Assembly (NCBI GenBank): GCA_965223295.1
Contig: CBDCWC010000003.1
Span: forward strand, 384,001-448,000
Length of the DNA: 64,000 bases
From: Nitrospirales bacterium
GTDB lineage: Bacteria; Nitrospirota; Nitrospiria; Nitrospirales; UBA8639
Direction of reading: 5' to 3'
Numbering within the stretch: position 1 is the first letter of the stretch; every line of letters begins with the position of its first letter. Made by a program: the position numbers and the translations under genes. Shown here piece after piece: positions 1 to 8,637 of the stretch. The notes below the pieces were generated by a model. The model saw only the letters and a list, made by a program, of their open reading frames with translations. It did not search any database and was not told where the DNA came from.

Positions 1-426
1 GCTGCTGCTGTGTATGTTGGACATGGTCGTCCTGTTGGCTGGGTGGGATATCGGGGAACCCGCATTCATCATCTTGCAGGGAGTGTTGGGGAACCTTTAG
101 GAGCACTCATATCTCTTTGTTGTCGTACGGCCAGTCGAAAACGTGTAGGTCTATCGTTCTCAGAAGCAGTACCGATGCAGGGTATTGCTGGTTCTGCTTT
201 TGGCTCAGTCACAGACACGCTGCATATAAATAATACTCGCTGGGCAGTACGAATCTGTGCAGCTCTTAAACGCGGTGCAACGCATATAGGGGAATTAATA
301 GTAAATGCACTACCTTTTGACTCAGAAGTAGTTAATGAATACCGTCTCTTAGGTGACCCTGTGGCTCCACTTTTCGGAGCTTCGCAGGCGGTTCAACGGG
401 CGCAGACAATTAAAGTTGCTCACTAA
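1..426 (+). CDS. C25 (gingipain-like) family cysteine peptidase domain protein, 5'-partial
   Basis: Frame is open from base 1. YVGHG (catalytic His region), SLCCRT (Cys) and terminal YRLLGDP match the C25 signature. Confidence 0.65.
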   Translation, partial: AAAVYVGHGRPVGWVGYRGTRIHHLAGSVGEPLGALISLCCRTASRKRVGLSFSEAVPMQGIAGSAFGSVTDTLHINNTRWAVRICAALKRGATHIGELIVNALPFDSEVVNEYRLLGDPVAPLFGASQAVQRAQTIKVAH

Positions 427-461
427 AATGCTGCTATGAGACAACCTGGTATGCCGACACT

Positions 462-725
462 ATGAATTCTCTAAATTGTAGAGACCGTGAGGAAGTTCTT
501 GCTCTATTGGTGCGTGAAATGAGAGAAGTGAAAAGTGAATTACCCGAAACAATCGAAATGGACATGAATTTCGTCATAGATCTTGGGCTTGATTCTATTG
601 ATCTAGCCGAATATGTGGCCAGAATCGAACAGACTTTTGGGATACAGGTCTCAGATGATGAATGGAAGAGCCTAGCTTCTCTAAGAATTGTGGTCGAATA
701 CGTCGAGAAACGGCTGTCTGAGTGA
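462..725 (+). CDS. Acyl carrier protein
   Basis: 87 aa acidic protein with DLGLDSIDL phosphopantetheine-attachment motif. Confidence 0.93.
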   Translation: MNSLNCRDREEVLALLVREMREVKSELPETIEMDMNFVIDLGLDSIDLAEYVARIEQTFGIQVSDDEWKSLASLRIVVEYVEKRLSE

Positions 726-1855
726 ATGTAGTGATTACAGGCCTGGGTGCCATAACTCCACTTGGGGACACTCCAAATGTCCTTTGGGAATCTTTGCTAG
801 CGAAGAAATGTGCAACACGCGAATGGCCAGATTTAAAACAAGAAGGGTTTCGCAGTACTGCTGCCTGTCGAATTCAAAGTCTAGAGGAAAAAATACAAGG
901 CCGTGGTCGGCAGATGGCCATTTTGGCAGCCATGCAAGCAATCAACCATTCAAAACTGAAGCTCCGAGAAGATGTTGGAATATTTATTGGAAGCACGATG
1001 GGTGAAAGCGAAGCATTTGAGAAAGCAGCTGAAGGGCACTCTCTGGTTCTGGAAGATGCTGTTGCCAGCGCTTTCCCAAAAGCAGTTCAGGCCGCACTAC
1101 AGATTAAAGGTCCACTCCGGGCATATGGAACAGGATGTGCCGCTGGCAATTATGCCATAGGAGCTGCAGCCGACGCAGTCAGACACGGAATGGTTAAGGC
1201 TGCAATAGCAGGTGGAGTCGAACCTTTTTCACGGATCGCAATGGTAGGCTTCAGCCGATCCCGGGCGATGTCAGACGACTTTTGCCGTCCCTTTGATCAC
1301 CAGCGTCGAGGTATGCAGTTGGGAGAGGCTGCTGCGTTTGTTGTTCTAGAGTTGGAAGACGAGGCAAGGCAACGCAATGCGCTTCCCTTAGCTACGGTCC
1401 AATCCTTGGGTCTATCATGTGATGCATACCATCCTACTGCTCCCAAACCTGATGGAGCAGGGATGGCAACAGCGATGTACCAAGCATGTCACTTGGGCGG
1501 AATAGATCCGCGAGAGGTAGATTGGATCTGCGCTCATGGGAGTGGAACCCAAACTTCTGATTCAGCAGAAGCTCGAGCGATAGAGACCGTCTTTTCTCAT
1601 AAACCCGCCGTTTCAGCTATCAAAGGTGCCCTTGGCCATTCACTTGGCGCATCGACGGCTGTGGAGACTATTGTTACTGCGCTGGCCTTGCGCTACAGAA
1701 TCCTCCCTCCAACAGTCAATCTCCAAAAGATTGATCCAGAGATGAATCTAAATATTATTCAAGAAACCTGCTTAGCTTCAGATTTGAAATGGGCACTTAA
1801 TTGCGGCTATGCCTTTGGTGGAATAAATTCTGCTCTCTTGATGGGGCAAGCATGA
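722..1855 (+). CDS. Beta-ketoacyl-ACP synthase (FabF/type II PKS KS-like)
   Basis: VVITGLG start; GTGCAAG (Cys), AHGSGT and LGHSLG (His) triad; AFGGIN end; GTGA overlap with the ACP gene. Confidence 0.93.
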   Translation: MNVVITGLGAITPLGDTPNVLWESLLAKKCATREWPDLKQEGFRSTAACRIQSLEEKIQGRGRQMAILAAMQAINHSKLKLREDVGIFIGSTMGESEAFEKAAEGHSLVLEDAVASAFPKAVQAALQIKGPLRAYGTGCAAGNYAIGAAADAVRHGMVKAAIAGGVEPFSRIAMVGFSRSRAMSDDFCRPFDHQRRGMQLGEAAAFVVLELEDEARQRNALPLATVQSLGLSCDAYHPTAPKPDGAGMATAMYQACHLGGIDPREVDWICAHGSGTQTSDSAEARAIETVFSHKPAVSAIKGALGHSLGASTAVETIVTALALRYRILPPTVNLQKIDPEMNLNIIQETCLASDLKWALNCGYAFGGINSALLMGQA

Positions 1856-2475
1856 TGCAAGCTTGGATTGCAAATTGGGGCAAAAATAATTGCGAAAAGA
1901 TGCATTTCCCAAAGGCAGCTGATTGGATAGTGGAACAAGTAAAACTCTTGCTACCCAAGCCCCATATCCCAACTCGAACAGGTATTTATGTTGCTACTGA
2001 AGATGTTGGCGCGGAAGCTTCCCAAGGAATGTGGGCCGAATGTTTACAACAAGGAGCTGGTTTCGCAAATCCACGAACTTTCCCTTGGACACTTTCCAGC
2101 AGCATAGCTAGTCATATAGCTATCAATTTGAATATTCAAGGAGCAAGTTACACGATCATAGGGAAAAGTCGTGTAGTAGGCGATATTCTTCAACATGCCT
2201 TGCACGATTTATCCTTCAGAGGTATAGATTGTGCATTACTTGTTGGTTTGGAAATACTTAATAGGACATGTTTCGCAGGAATTTGTTTAACACAATCAAC
2301 TACCCGTCAATCACCTTTACAATTTGAATGGCATAATGAATGTAAGAGTGCTTTTCAAGAAAACGAATCAGCTGCAGAATTATTTGCCAATATATGTTTA
2401 TCGTTAGACAAGAATTGTCCACTTCATTTTGTTAATCCAGAATTAGGATGTATCTTGATCAACCAACGCACTTAA
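1852..2475 (+). CDS. Ketosynthase N-terminal-like / chain-length-factor-like protein
   Basis: NPRTFPWTLSSSIASHIAINLNIQG matches the KS N-domain and lacks the catalytic Cys; ATGA overlap at 1852. Confidence 0.7.
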   Translation: MMQAWIANWGKNNCEKMHFPKAADWIVEQVKLLLPKPHIPTRTGIYVATEDVGAEASQGMWAECLQQGAGFANPRTFPWTLSSSIASHIAINLNIQGASYTIIGKSRVVGDILQHALHDLSFRGIDCALLVGLEILNRTCFAGICLTQSTTRQSPLQFEWHNECKSAFQENESAAELFANICLSLDKNCPLHFVNPELGCILINQRT

Positions 2476-2786
2476 GCAAACTCGAATCTGGAGGAATTGG
2501 TCCGAATTTTTCTGTTCTAGACCAATGTCAATCATTCACTCGCTAGCTGAATTCTTTAAAATACGTGGAAGCCTATGATTTCAATCAAGACGCTATTCTC
2601 GCTCCGCGAATGCGGGATTAGATGAGATAGCAGGTTGGGAACCGACTCTCCCTTTTTGTCCCGTGTGCCCATCCACTCGCACACACCATCATGAAACAAG
2701 AGGCTGACCCGATCCGCGACCAAGGGGCCGGGCATACCGCCGCCGGCAAGGTCAACGCTCGCTTGTCGGACAGCAACATCTGGGGA

Positions 2787-2835
2787 TGAATCCTCAAAGA
2801 GGTCTTTGATATGTGGCGATTCTCTCAAAAAGGCC
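2787..2835 (+). repeat. 49-bp direct repeat, copy 1 (pairs with 8241-8289)
   Basis: tgaatcctcaaagaggtctttgatatgtggcgattctctcaaaaaggcc; 43/49 identical to copy 2. Confidence 0.85.
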
Positions 2836-2936
2836 GTGTAAAATTCCTATTCCCAACCCCTTTCCATTTTTTGTGGGAGAACATCGGGCTCCCCCACCAC
2901 CTTCGAAAACCACGCCAGCTCATCAAGACTAACTTT

Positions 2937-3300
2937 GGTTGTGTCGCAACAAGTGCTCGAAGACGACGCAATAGCTATTAACCATCGATGTCCCACTACA
3001 AAATGCGTAGAACGGTTCAGTGAGAGTTGGCTTCTTTGTCCCTAGTGTGTACATCTCCACATTCTTAATCATCACCATGACTTCCATTCCCGCTAATGTT
3101 CGTTGGGCTGCATAACAGTCCTCAAATCTCAACATCGTCCGAGTGAGCCGTTTTCTAGGTCAGTAGTTTTGTTCGACAATATTGTTCAGGTATTCGCATT
3201 GGGGGATTCTTATCCGGTTTTAATAGTCTCTATTAACCTGCCGAAGGCCCACATAGATTGGGCTCACATTGATCAATTTCGACCAGCCTTATGATGTCAT
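2937..3300 (-). mobile_element. IS6-family transposase remnant
   Basis: Minus strand reads YLNNIVEQNY*PRKRLTRTMLRFEDCYAAQRTLAGMEVMVMIK (IS6 C-terminus with internal stop); IS6-like terminal repeat ggttgtgtcgcaa at 2937-2949. The 3300 boundary is approximate. Confidence 0.8.
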
Positions 3301-3406
3301 TTTACTAAATCGATTTCCTAAAAAAGTGTAAGTCGGCCTTGGCATCTCTTATCGCATCATTATCGAACCCTCCACCAGACGCCCGACTTGCTACCTGAAG
3401 ATCAAT

Positions 3407-3448
3407 TTGTATCTGAATAGATAAAAATTGTATCTAAAAAGATACGAA
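3407..3448. promoter_or_regulatory. Tandem dyad sites, putative enhancer (UAS) for a sigma54 activator
   Basis: ttgtatctgaatagataaaaa and ttgtatctaaaaagatacgaa, 21-bp period, each TATCT-N4-AGATA; about 105-145 bp upstream of the -24 box. Confidence 0.6.
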
Positions 3449-3551
3449 TTTATGGTGCACATTTTGCTTTTCGTCTTCTTCTAGTTACCCGTGTTCCAAT
3501 ATTTTCAAGGCCATGAAACATTCTGAATACAGTTTTTCATTGTTCGCCGGC

Positions 3552-3568
3552 TTGGTATAAGTTCTGCA
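3552..3568 (+). promoter_or_regulatory. Putative sigma54 (-24/-12) promoter of the RiPP-like locus
   Basis: TTGGTATAAGTTCTGCA, exact GG-N10-GC spacing. Confidence 0.65.
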
Positions 3569-3741
3569 CGTTAAAAGGATCATCTGTTTCCTTCTTTATG
3601 CAAAAGAAAGAAGGGTTCGTGCAAATAGCCCGAAGTATTGTTTCTGATTTTCTAACCTAATTTCCTTTCCAAGACATAATATTTTGTAAATTTTCTCAAA
3701 AAACAATTTTTACATTACCACTTCACTAAAAGGAGGGAGTC

Positions 3742-4272
3742 ATGGACAAAGAATCACAAGAAATCCTAAAGCGAGTCGAGGAGCGATTGACGCGATTAGA
3801 GGCAAGCGCCACAGCGGGCCCAGCGGCAGGCGGATTCGGAGCACCTGGTGGTACGGTAGTTGATCCTGCCCCATGGGGGCCGGGCGGTGGGTTTGTTCCA
3901 CGATGGCCAGTTCCCAATCCAATAGCCGATCCTGCCCCTTGGTGGCCGGGTGGTGGGTTTATTCCACCGCGATGGCCAGTTCCCAATCCAGTAGCCGATC
4001 CCGCCCCATGGCCTCCTGGTGGGTTTGTCCCACGGTGGCCAGTTCCCCCTATTGTGGCTGATCCCGCACCATGGGGTGGCGGCTTTGGCGGCGGCACAAT
4101 TACTCGTCCGCCGATCGGTTCAATCGGTGATCCTCCCCCCATGGACTTGGGCCGGTTAAATCTTGCACAACTTGAATCATCCATGCATTCGATTAATGCT
4201 GAAAAAGCCCGTCTCGACTCCTTGGAGAAACTAATTAACAATCAAATCGGGAAACTCAAGAATCCAGGCTAA
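3742..4272 (+). CDS. Putative multi-core RiPP precursor with DPAPW/PRWPVP repeats and coiled-coil termini
   Basis: Strong RBS (aaggagggag). DPAPW at aa 41, 63, 86 and 107, DPPPM at aa 130. Directly upstream of two radical SAM genes. Confidence 0.8.
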   Translation: MDKESQEILKRVEERLTRLEASATAGPAAGGFGAPGGTVVDPAPWGPGGGFVPRWPVPNPIADPAPWWPGGGFIPPRWPVPNPVADPAPWPPGGFVPRWPVPPIVADPAPWGGGFGGGTITRPPIGSIGDPPPMDLGRLNLAQLESSMHSINAEKARLDSLEKLINNQIGKLKNPG

Positions 4273-4292
4273 CATCCACACGGAGATTCGGC

Positions 4293-4322
4293 TCAGGGCT
4301 CTATCTTCTTGATAGAGCCTGA
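4293..4322 (+). terminator. Stem-loop between precursor and maturase genes
   Basis: tcag(g)gctctatc-ttctt-gatagagcctga; no U-tract. Confidence 0.55.
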
Positions 4323-4449
4323 TCCAACATTGCAACTGGAGAGACTCGAGTAAATCTTTCACATACGCACGCTAGAGACACATGTTCATGTGAAACCGCC
4401 GTATACTTAAGTGATTTGATGACCTGTAAGGGAAAGGGATAGGTGTGCT

Positions 4450-6129
4450 ATGCCAACTATGGCGCAAAATCATACGACTAAATCGCGAAAAGTGCTTCTC
4501 ATCGGCTTCCAGGACCAAGACAATCTCGGGTTGCGTTATCTGATGTCTAACATCAATGCTTCGCATCATCAGGCCAGCATCATGACCTACGGTTCCGACC
4601 CTGATCGGATCCTAGAACGAATCCGCCAAGATGAGCCCGATGTCGTCGGATTCTCGCTTATCTTTCAGTATATGGCGCCAGACTTTAGTCAGGTGATCAA
4701 AGCGTTGCGGGAAAAGGGCGTCACTGCACATATCACCATAGGCGGGCACTACGCCAGCTTCGAGCCCAAGGAGATTCTCCGGCAGACTCCTGAACTCAAT
4801 TCCGTGGTCCGATTCGATGGTGAGACCACCCTTGTCAAACTGTTGGATAGCTTGGCCGTTGGCACAGATTGGCGAACCCTTCCGGGGATCGCATTTCGTT
4901 CGGACAACGGCGAAATCACGACTACCCCTCTCGCTCAACCCGTTGAGGACTTGGATACCCTACCCTGGCCAGATCGACAGTCGATAAATTATGAAGGGCA
5001 TTGCATGCCCACGGCTTCAATTCTCGGAAGCCGGGGATGCCCATGGGACTGCTCGTTTTGCAGTATCCGCCCTTTTTACGAGGAACAAGGAGGGAAGCTC
5101 CGTCGTCTACGCAAACCCAGAGCTGTGGTTGACGAAATGATTGATCTCCATAAAAATCGAGGAGTCCCGATTTTCTTATTTCAGGACGATGATTTCCTCG
5201 CAGGAGGAAAGCGAGCGAAACAATGGGCAGTAGACATTGCAGACATCCTCGCAGCCGAGGGTCTAAACGGGGAGATCGCGTTCAAAATCAGTTGCCGCTC
5301 GGACGAAATCGACGAATCGATCATCGAGCAATTAATGAAAGGTGGGCTCACGCACGTGTATATGGGTGTGGAGTCGGGAGACGAACAAGGCCTCCTCAAC
5401 ATGAGCAAGCGGCTAAAACCAGAAGCGCATTTAGAAGCTGGTCGAATCCTAAAGCGTTTGGGGCTATCCTACGACTTCGGCTTCATGTTGATCGATCCCT
5501 ACACAACCTTCGACAGCATTCGCACGAACATCGATTTCTTAGAGGCCTTCATTGGGGACGGCTGGTCGGTCGCGCCATTCTGCCGGATGCTGCCCTATGC
5601 CGGAACACCAATCAAGCGTAAGCTTGAGCAAGAAGGCCGATTGACAGGTACACCATTTGAGCCGGACTACAAACTTCTCGATCCAAAGCTAGATCTGTTT
5701 TACGATTGGATGGTCGAGGCATTTTACGAACGTAATTTCACCAACCAGGGATTGTGCCACATTCTCCGTGGATTACTATTTGAGGCACACCTGCGATTGT
5801 CGACCCGGAACCGAGTGAACGACGCGCAACGCGCCTACATTCACCACCTGACAGCCGTCTGCAACCGGGTTGCATGCTACACACTTCGTTCAGCCATAGA
5901 TTATATTGAGGCCACACCTCTGTCGGAGCTTAAACAGGATCGCCACTATCTAGACGGTTTGGCCGTGCATGAGAAAGAACAGGAAATGAGGCTAAATAAC
6001 GAAGTGGCACAGTACTATGAGTGGGTCCACCAAGATTTCAGCCAGGTACCGGGCCCAGTAGGCAGCTTCGAAAACTCCTGGACGTTTCACAATAATGACC
6101 GTGAAGCGGAAGGAGTGGGAGCAGCCTAA
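4450..6129 (+). CDS. B12-binding domain radical SAM protein (class B methyltransferase-like)
   Basis: N-terminal B12-type domain (NLGLRYL, PDVVGFS, IGGHYAS); SRGCPWDCSFC motif; FQDDDF; MGVESG. Confidence 0.92.
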   Translation: MPTMAQNHTTKSRKVLLIGFQDQDNLGLRYLMSNINASHHQASIMTYGSDPDRILERIRQDEPDVVGFSLIFQYMAPDFSQVIKALREKGVTAHITIGGHYASFEPKEILRQTPELNSVVRFDGETTLVKLLDSLAVGTDWRTLPGIAFRSDNGEITTTPLAQPVEDLDTLPWPDRQSINYEGHCMPTASILGSRGCPWDCSFCSIRPFYEEQGGKLRRLRKPRAVVDEMIDLHKNRGVPIFLFQDDDFLAGGKRAKQWAVDIADILAAEGLNGEIAFKISCRSDEIDESIIEQLMKGGLTHVYMGVESGDEQGLLNMSKRLKPEAHLEAGRILKRLGLSYDFGFMLIDPYTTFDSIRTNIDFLEAFIGDGWSVAPFCRMLPYAGTPIKRKLEQEGRLTGTPFEPDYKLLDPKLDLFYDWMVEAFYERNFTNQGLCHILRGLLFEAHLRLSTRNRVNDAQRAYIHHLTAVCNRVACYTLRSAIDYIEATPLSELKQDRHYLDGLAVHEKEQEMRLNNEVAQYYEWVHQDFSQVPGPVGSFENSWTFHNNDREAEGVGAA

Positions 6130-6210
6130 TGATTCACAATCGTAACCTTCACAGCCGTAACCATATCCACACCAGTAGTTGTCTCATATACTGAGAAATA
6201 CTCACTATCG

Positions 6211-8193
6211 ATGGACGTCCTTCTTGTTTCAATGCCTTTTGCTGAAGTCCAACGGCCTTCCATCGCCTTGGGCTTGCTGCAAGCAACACTGAAGGGATCA
6301 ACTATCACAAGCGAAGTGGTATACGGCAATATCAGATTTGCCGAGTCGATTGGTATAGTGGCGTACCAGGCCATGCAATCGACCCCTACTGATCATCTGC
6401 TCGGGGAATGGTGTTTCGCGGGTGAACTGTTTCGTGAATGCTGGGAACGAGACGAGGAGTACTTAGACCTTGTCCTCAATGTGCGATGCTTCGGTTTTCC
6501 GGCTGAGCTCGAACAACGAAAGGACCTGATACGCTGGGTGCGTGTCCAGAGTACCTCCTACATCGACTCTCTGGCCATGGACATCGTCGCTCGCGAACCC
6601 CGGATCGTTGGATGCAGCTCCGTGTTCCAGCAGCATTGCGCCTCCCTGGCATTACTTAAGCGAATTCGCGAATTGAGCCCAAAAACAGTCACCTTGATGG
6701 GAGGTGCCAATTGTGAAGATGAAATGGGTATCGAAACGCTGAAAATGTTCCCCTGGATAGATTGCGTTGTCTCGGGCGAAAGCGACCACATTTTCTCAGA
6801 GTTATGTCATTTCTTGCTAAATCATGGCCGTAACGTAGACCCTACCGCCCTCCCTTATGGTGCAATACTCCAATCACAGTACAAGCAAAATGGAGAATAC
6901 ACACCAAACACAGGGCCAATACCACGCCCTGTTATCAGTAATCTGGACAGCTTGCCAATACCAGACTACGAATCCTACTTCGCGACCCTCCGTGCGTCAA
7001 CGATTTCGGGAATGGTCAAGCCCGGCTTACTAGCCGAGAGCTCACGCGGTTGTTGGTGGGGTGAAAGATCCCATTGTACATTTTGTGGGTTAAACGGTAC
7101 AGGGATGGGTTTCCGCTCGAAATCACCAAAGCGAATACTCAGCGAGTTGGCCGAACTCACCAGGCGTTATGAAATACACAATGTCCAGTTCGTGGACAAC
7201 ATTCTCGATATGTCCTATCTCAAAACAGTACTGCCATCGTTGGCCGAACTAGATAACCCTTATTCGTTGTTCTACGAGACTAAAGCGAATCTTAAGAGGG
7301 ACCATGTTCAGCTTCTAGCAGACGCAGGCGTGCGATGGATTCAACCTGGCATTGAAAGTCTCAATGATGATCTCCTACGCCTCATTGGAAAAGGTAATTC
7401 TTCTGCCATGAACCTTCAACTCTTGAAGTGGTCCCGTGAGTATGGCATCGACGCATCTTGGAACATGCTTAGCGATATCCCAGGCGGATCAGATATCTGG
7501 TATAAAGAGATGGCAGAATGGTTGCCGGCAATCTTCCATCTACAACCACCAACTGGATTAATTCGAATACGATACGACCGTTTTAGTCCATACCACAAAA
7601 CTCCCCAAGCGTACGGATTGACACTCGTACCAAGTCGTGCCTATCAGTATGTCTACCCATTTCCCCCCGATACATTGATGCGACTGGCGTACTCATTCGA
7701 AAACCACAACCAGGCCGAACATATTCACCGTAGCGTACAAAACCAGCCTGGCCAACAAAAACTTCAGACTGTCATTGAAGAATGGAACGCAAATTGGAAT
7801 TCTTCTCGACCAATACTCCATGTCCATGACGAAGGCACGAAGCTTCGGGTCATTGACACACGCTCCTCTACCCGTGATACCTATTGGACCGCAGGAGAGA
7901 TGGAGGCGTCAGTGTATCGCTTGTGCGACACAGCCCAAACATCCCAAACATTGCTAAAGCAACTGTCCATGCAGTATGAAAGTGAGGTCTCATTCAACGA
8001 CATACAACCAGCAATCGACACCTTATGCAGGGCCCGAGTATTATTGCCCATCAGCGGAAAACTACTGGGTATCGGAATCAACCAACAACAGGTGAAAACG
8101 CAGCCCACATCATCGACGAGAAGTTCGGATGCGCAAACCGTGTATAACTCACAAACACAGCCATTGGTGAGAATCGAACCTGTTACTACGTAA
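6211..8193 (+). CDS. RiPP maturation radical SAM C-methyltransferase (TIGR03975-like)
   Basis: SMPFAEVQRPSIALGLL, LLGEWCF, GGANCE, SRGCWWGERSHCTFCGLN (Cx7Cx2C), YETKANL, IQPGIES, RYDRFSPY. Confidence 0.9.
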   Translation: MDVLLVSMPFAEVQRPSIALGLLQATLKGSTITSEVVYGNIRFAESIGIVAYQAMQSTPTDHLLGEWCFAGELFRECWERDEEYLDLVLNVRCFGFPAELEQRKDLIRWVRVQSTSYIDSLAMDIVAREPRIVGCSSVFQQHCASLALLKRIRELSPKTVTLMGGANCEDEMGIETLKMFPWIDCVVSGESDHIFSELCHFLLNHGRNVDPTALPYGAILQSQYKQNGEYTPNTGPIPRPVISNLDSLPIPDYESYFATLRASTISGMVKPGLLAESSRGCWWGERSHCTFCGLNGTGMGFRSKSPKRILSELAELTRRYEIHNVQFVDNILDMSYLKTVLPSLAELDNPYSLFYETKANLKRDHVQLLADAGVRWIQPGIESLNDDLLRLIGKGNSSAMNLQLLKWSREYGIDASWNMLSDIPGGSDIWYKEMAEWLPAIFHLQPPTGLIRIRYDRFSPYHKTPQAYGLTLVPSRAYQYVYPFPPDTLMRLAYSFENHNQAEHIHRSVQNQPGQQKLQTVIEEWNANWNSSRPILHVHDEGTKLRVIDTRSSTRDTYWTAGEMEASVYRLCDTAQTSQTLLKQLSMQYESEVSFNDIQPAIDTLCRARVLLPISGKLLGIGINQQQVKTQPTSSTRSSDAQTVYNSQTQPLVRIEPVTT

Positions 8194-8240
8194 AGTTGAA
8201 AAACAAAGATCCCCTGGCAAGACCACGGGGAATCGCAAGT

Positions 8241-8289
8241 TGAATCCTCGATGAGGTCTTTGGTCCTTGGCGATTCTCTCAAAAAGGCC
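8241..8289 (+). repeat. 49-bp direct repeat, copy 2
   Basis: tgaatcctcgatgaggtctttggtccttggcgattctctcaaaaaggcc. Confidence 0.85.
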
Positions 8290-8418
8290 TTTTACAACTC
8301 CCATTCCTGGATGACAAAGGCAGGAAAATCGAATGAGGAGGAAAAACATCAAGACAAAAGAGGCCGCAGACTATCGTTGGTTATCACCCACCGCTCTCAC
8401 GCTTTACTATCCCCTAAA

Positions 8419-8637
8419 AGAGCCGGTGAATAATTTGTGCGGATTGCCTAAAATGGTCTTCAGAAGACTATCATCAACAGGAGAGAACTGGTCAAAATTG
8501 CATCCAGTAAAGCCGCACCTATTTTGATGAGCGGAGCATAAGCTGAGCACGGGAAAATAGCGAGAACGCTACTGGCGGCCTTTGTAGCTTATCGAGTTAC
8601 TCGGGCGGAGTAGGCAACGGCTTTTTTCAACATTTCT
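8419..8637 (+). mobile_element. Degenerate copy of the ~190-bp MITE with a nested ~38-bp insert
   Basis: tgagcacgggaaaatagcgagaacgct...cggcttttttcaaca matches the MITE 3' half; the 5' half is diverged. Confidence 0.6.

Noticed and set aside
3862-4143. 63-69 bp periodic DNA repeats as a possible CRISPR array
   Set aside because: Repeats are in-frame coding units with synonymous variation, the intervening sequences resemble each other, and no cas genes are present.
3726-4241. 171-aa antisense ORF with GAGSA/GTGHRG repeats
   Set aside because: Mirror of the precursor repeats; the plus-strand ORF has the RBS, promoter and operon context.
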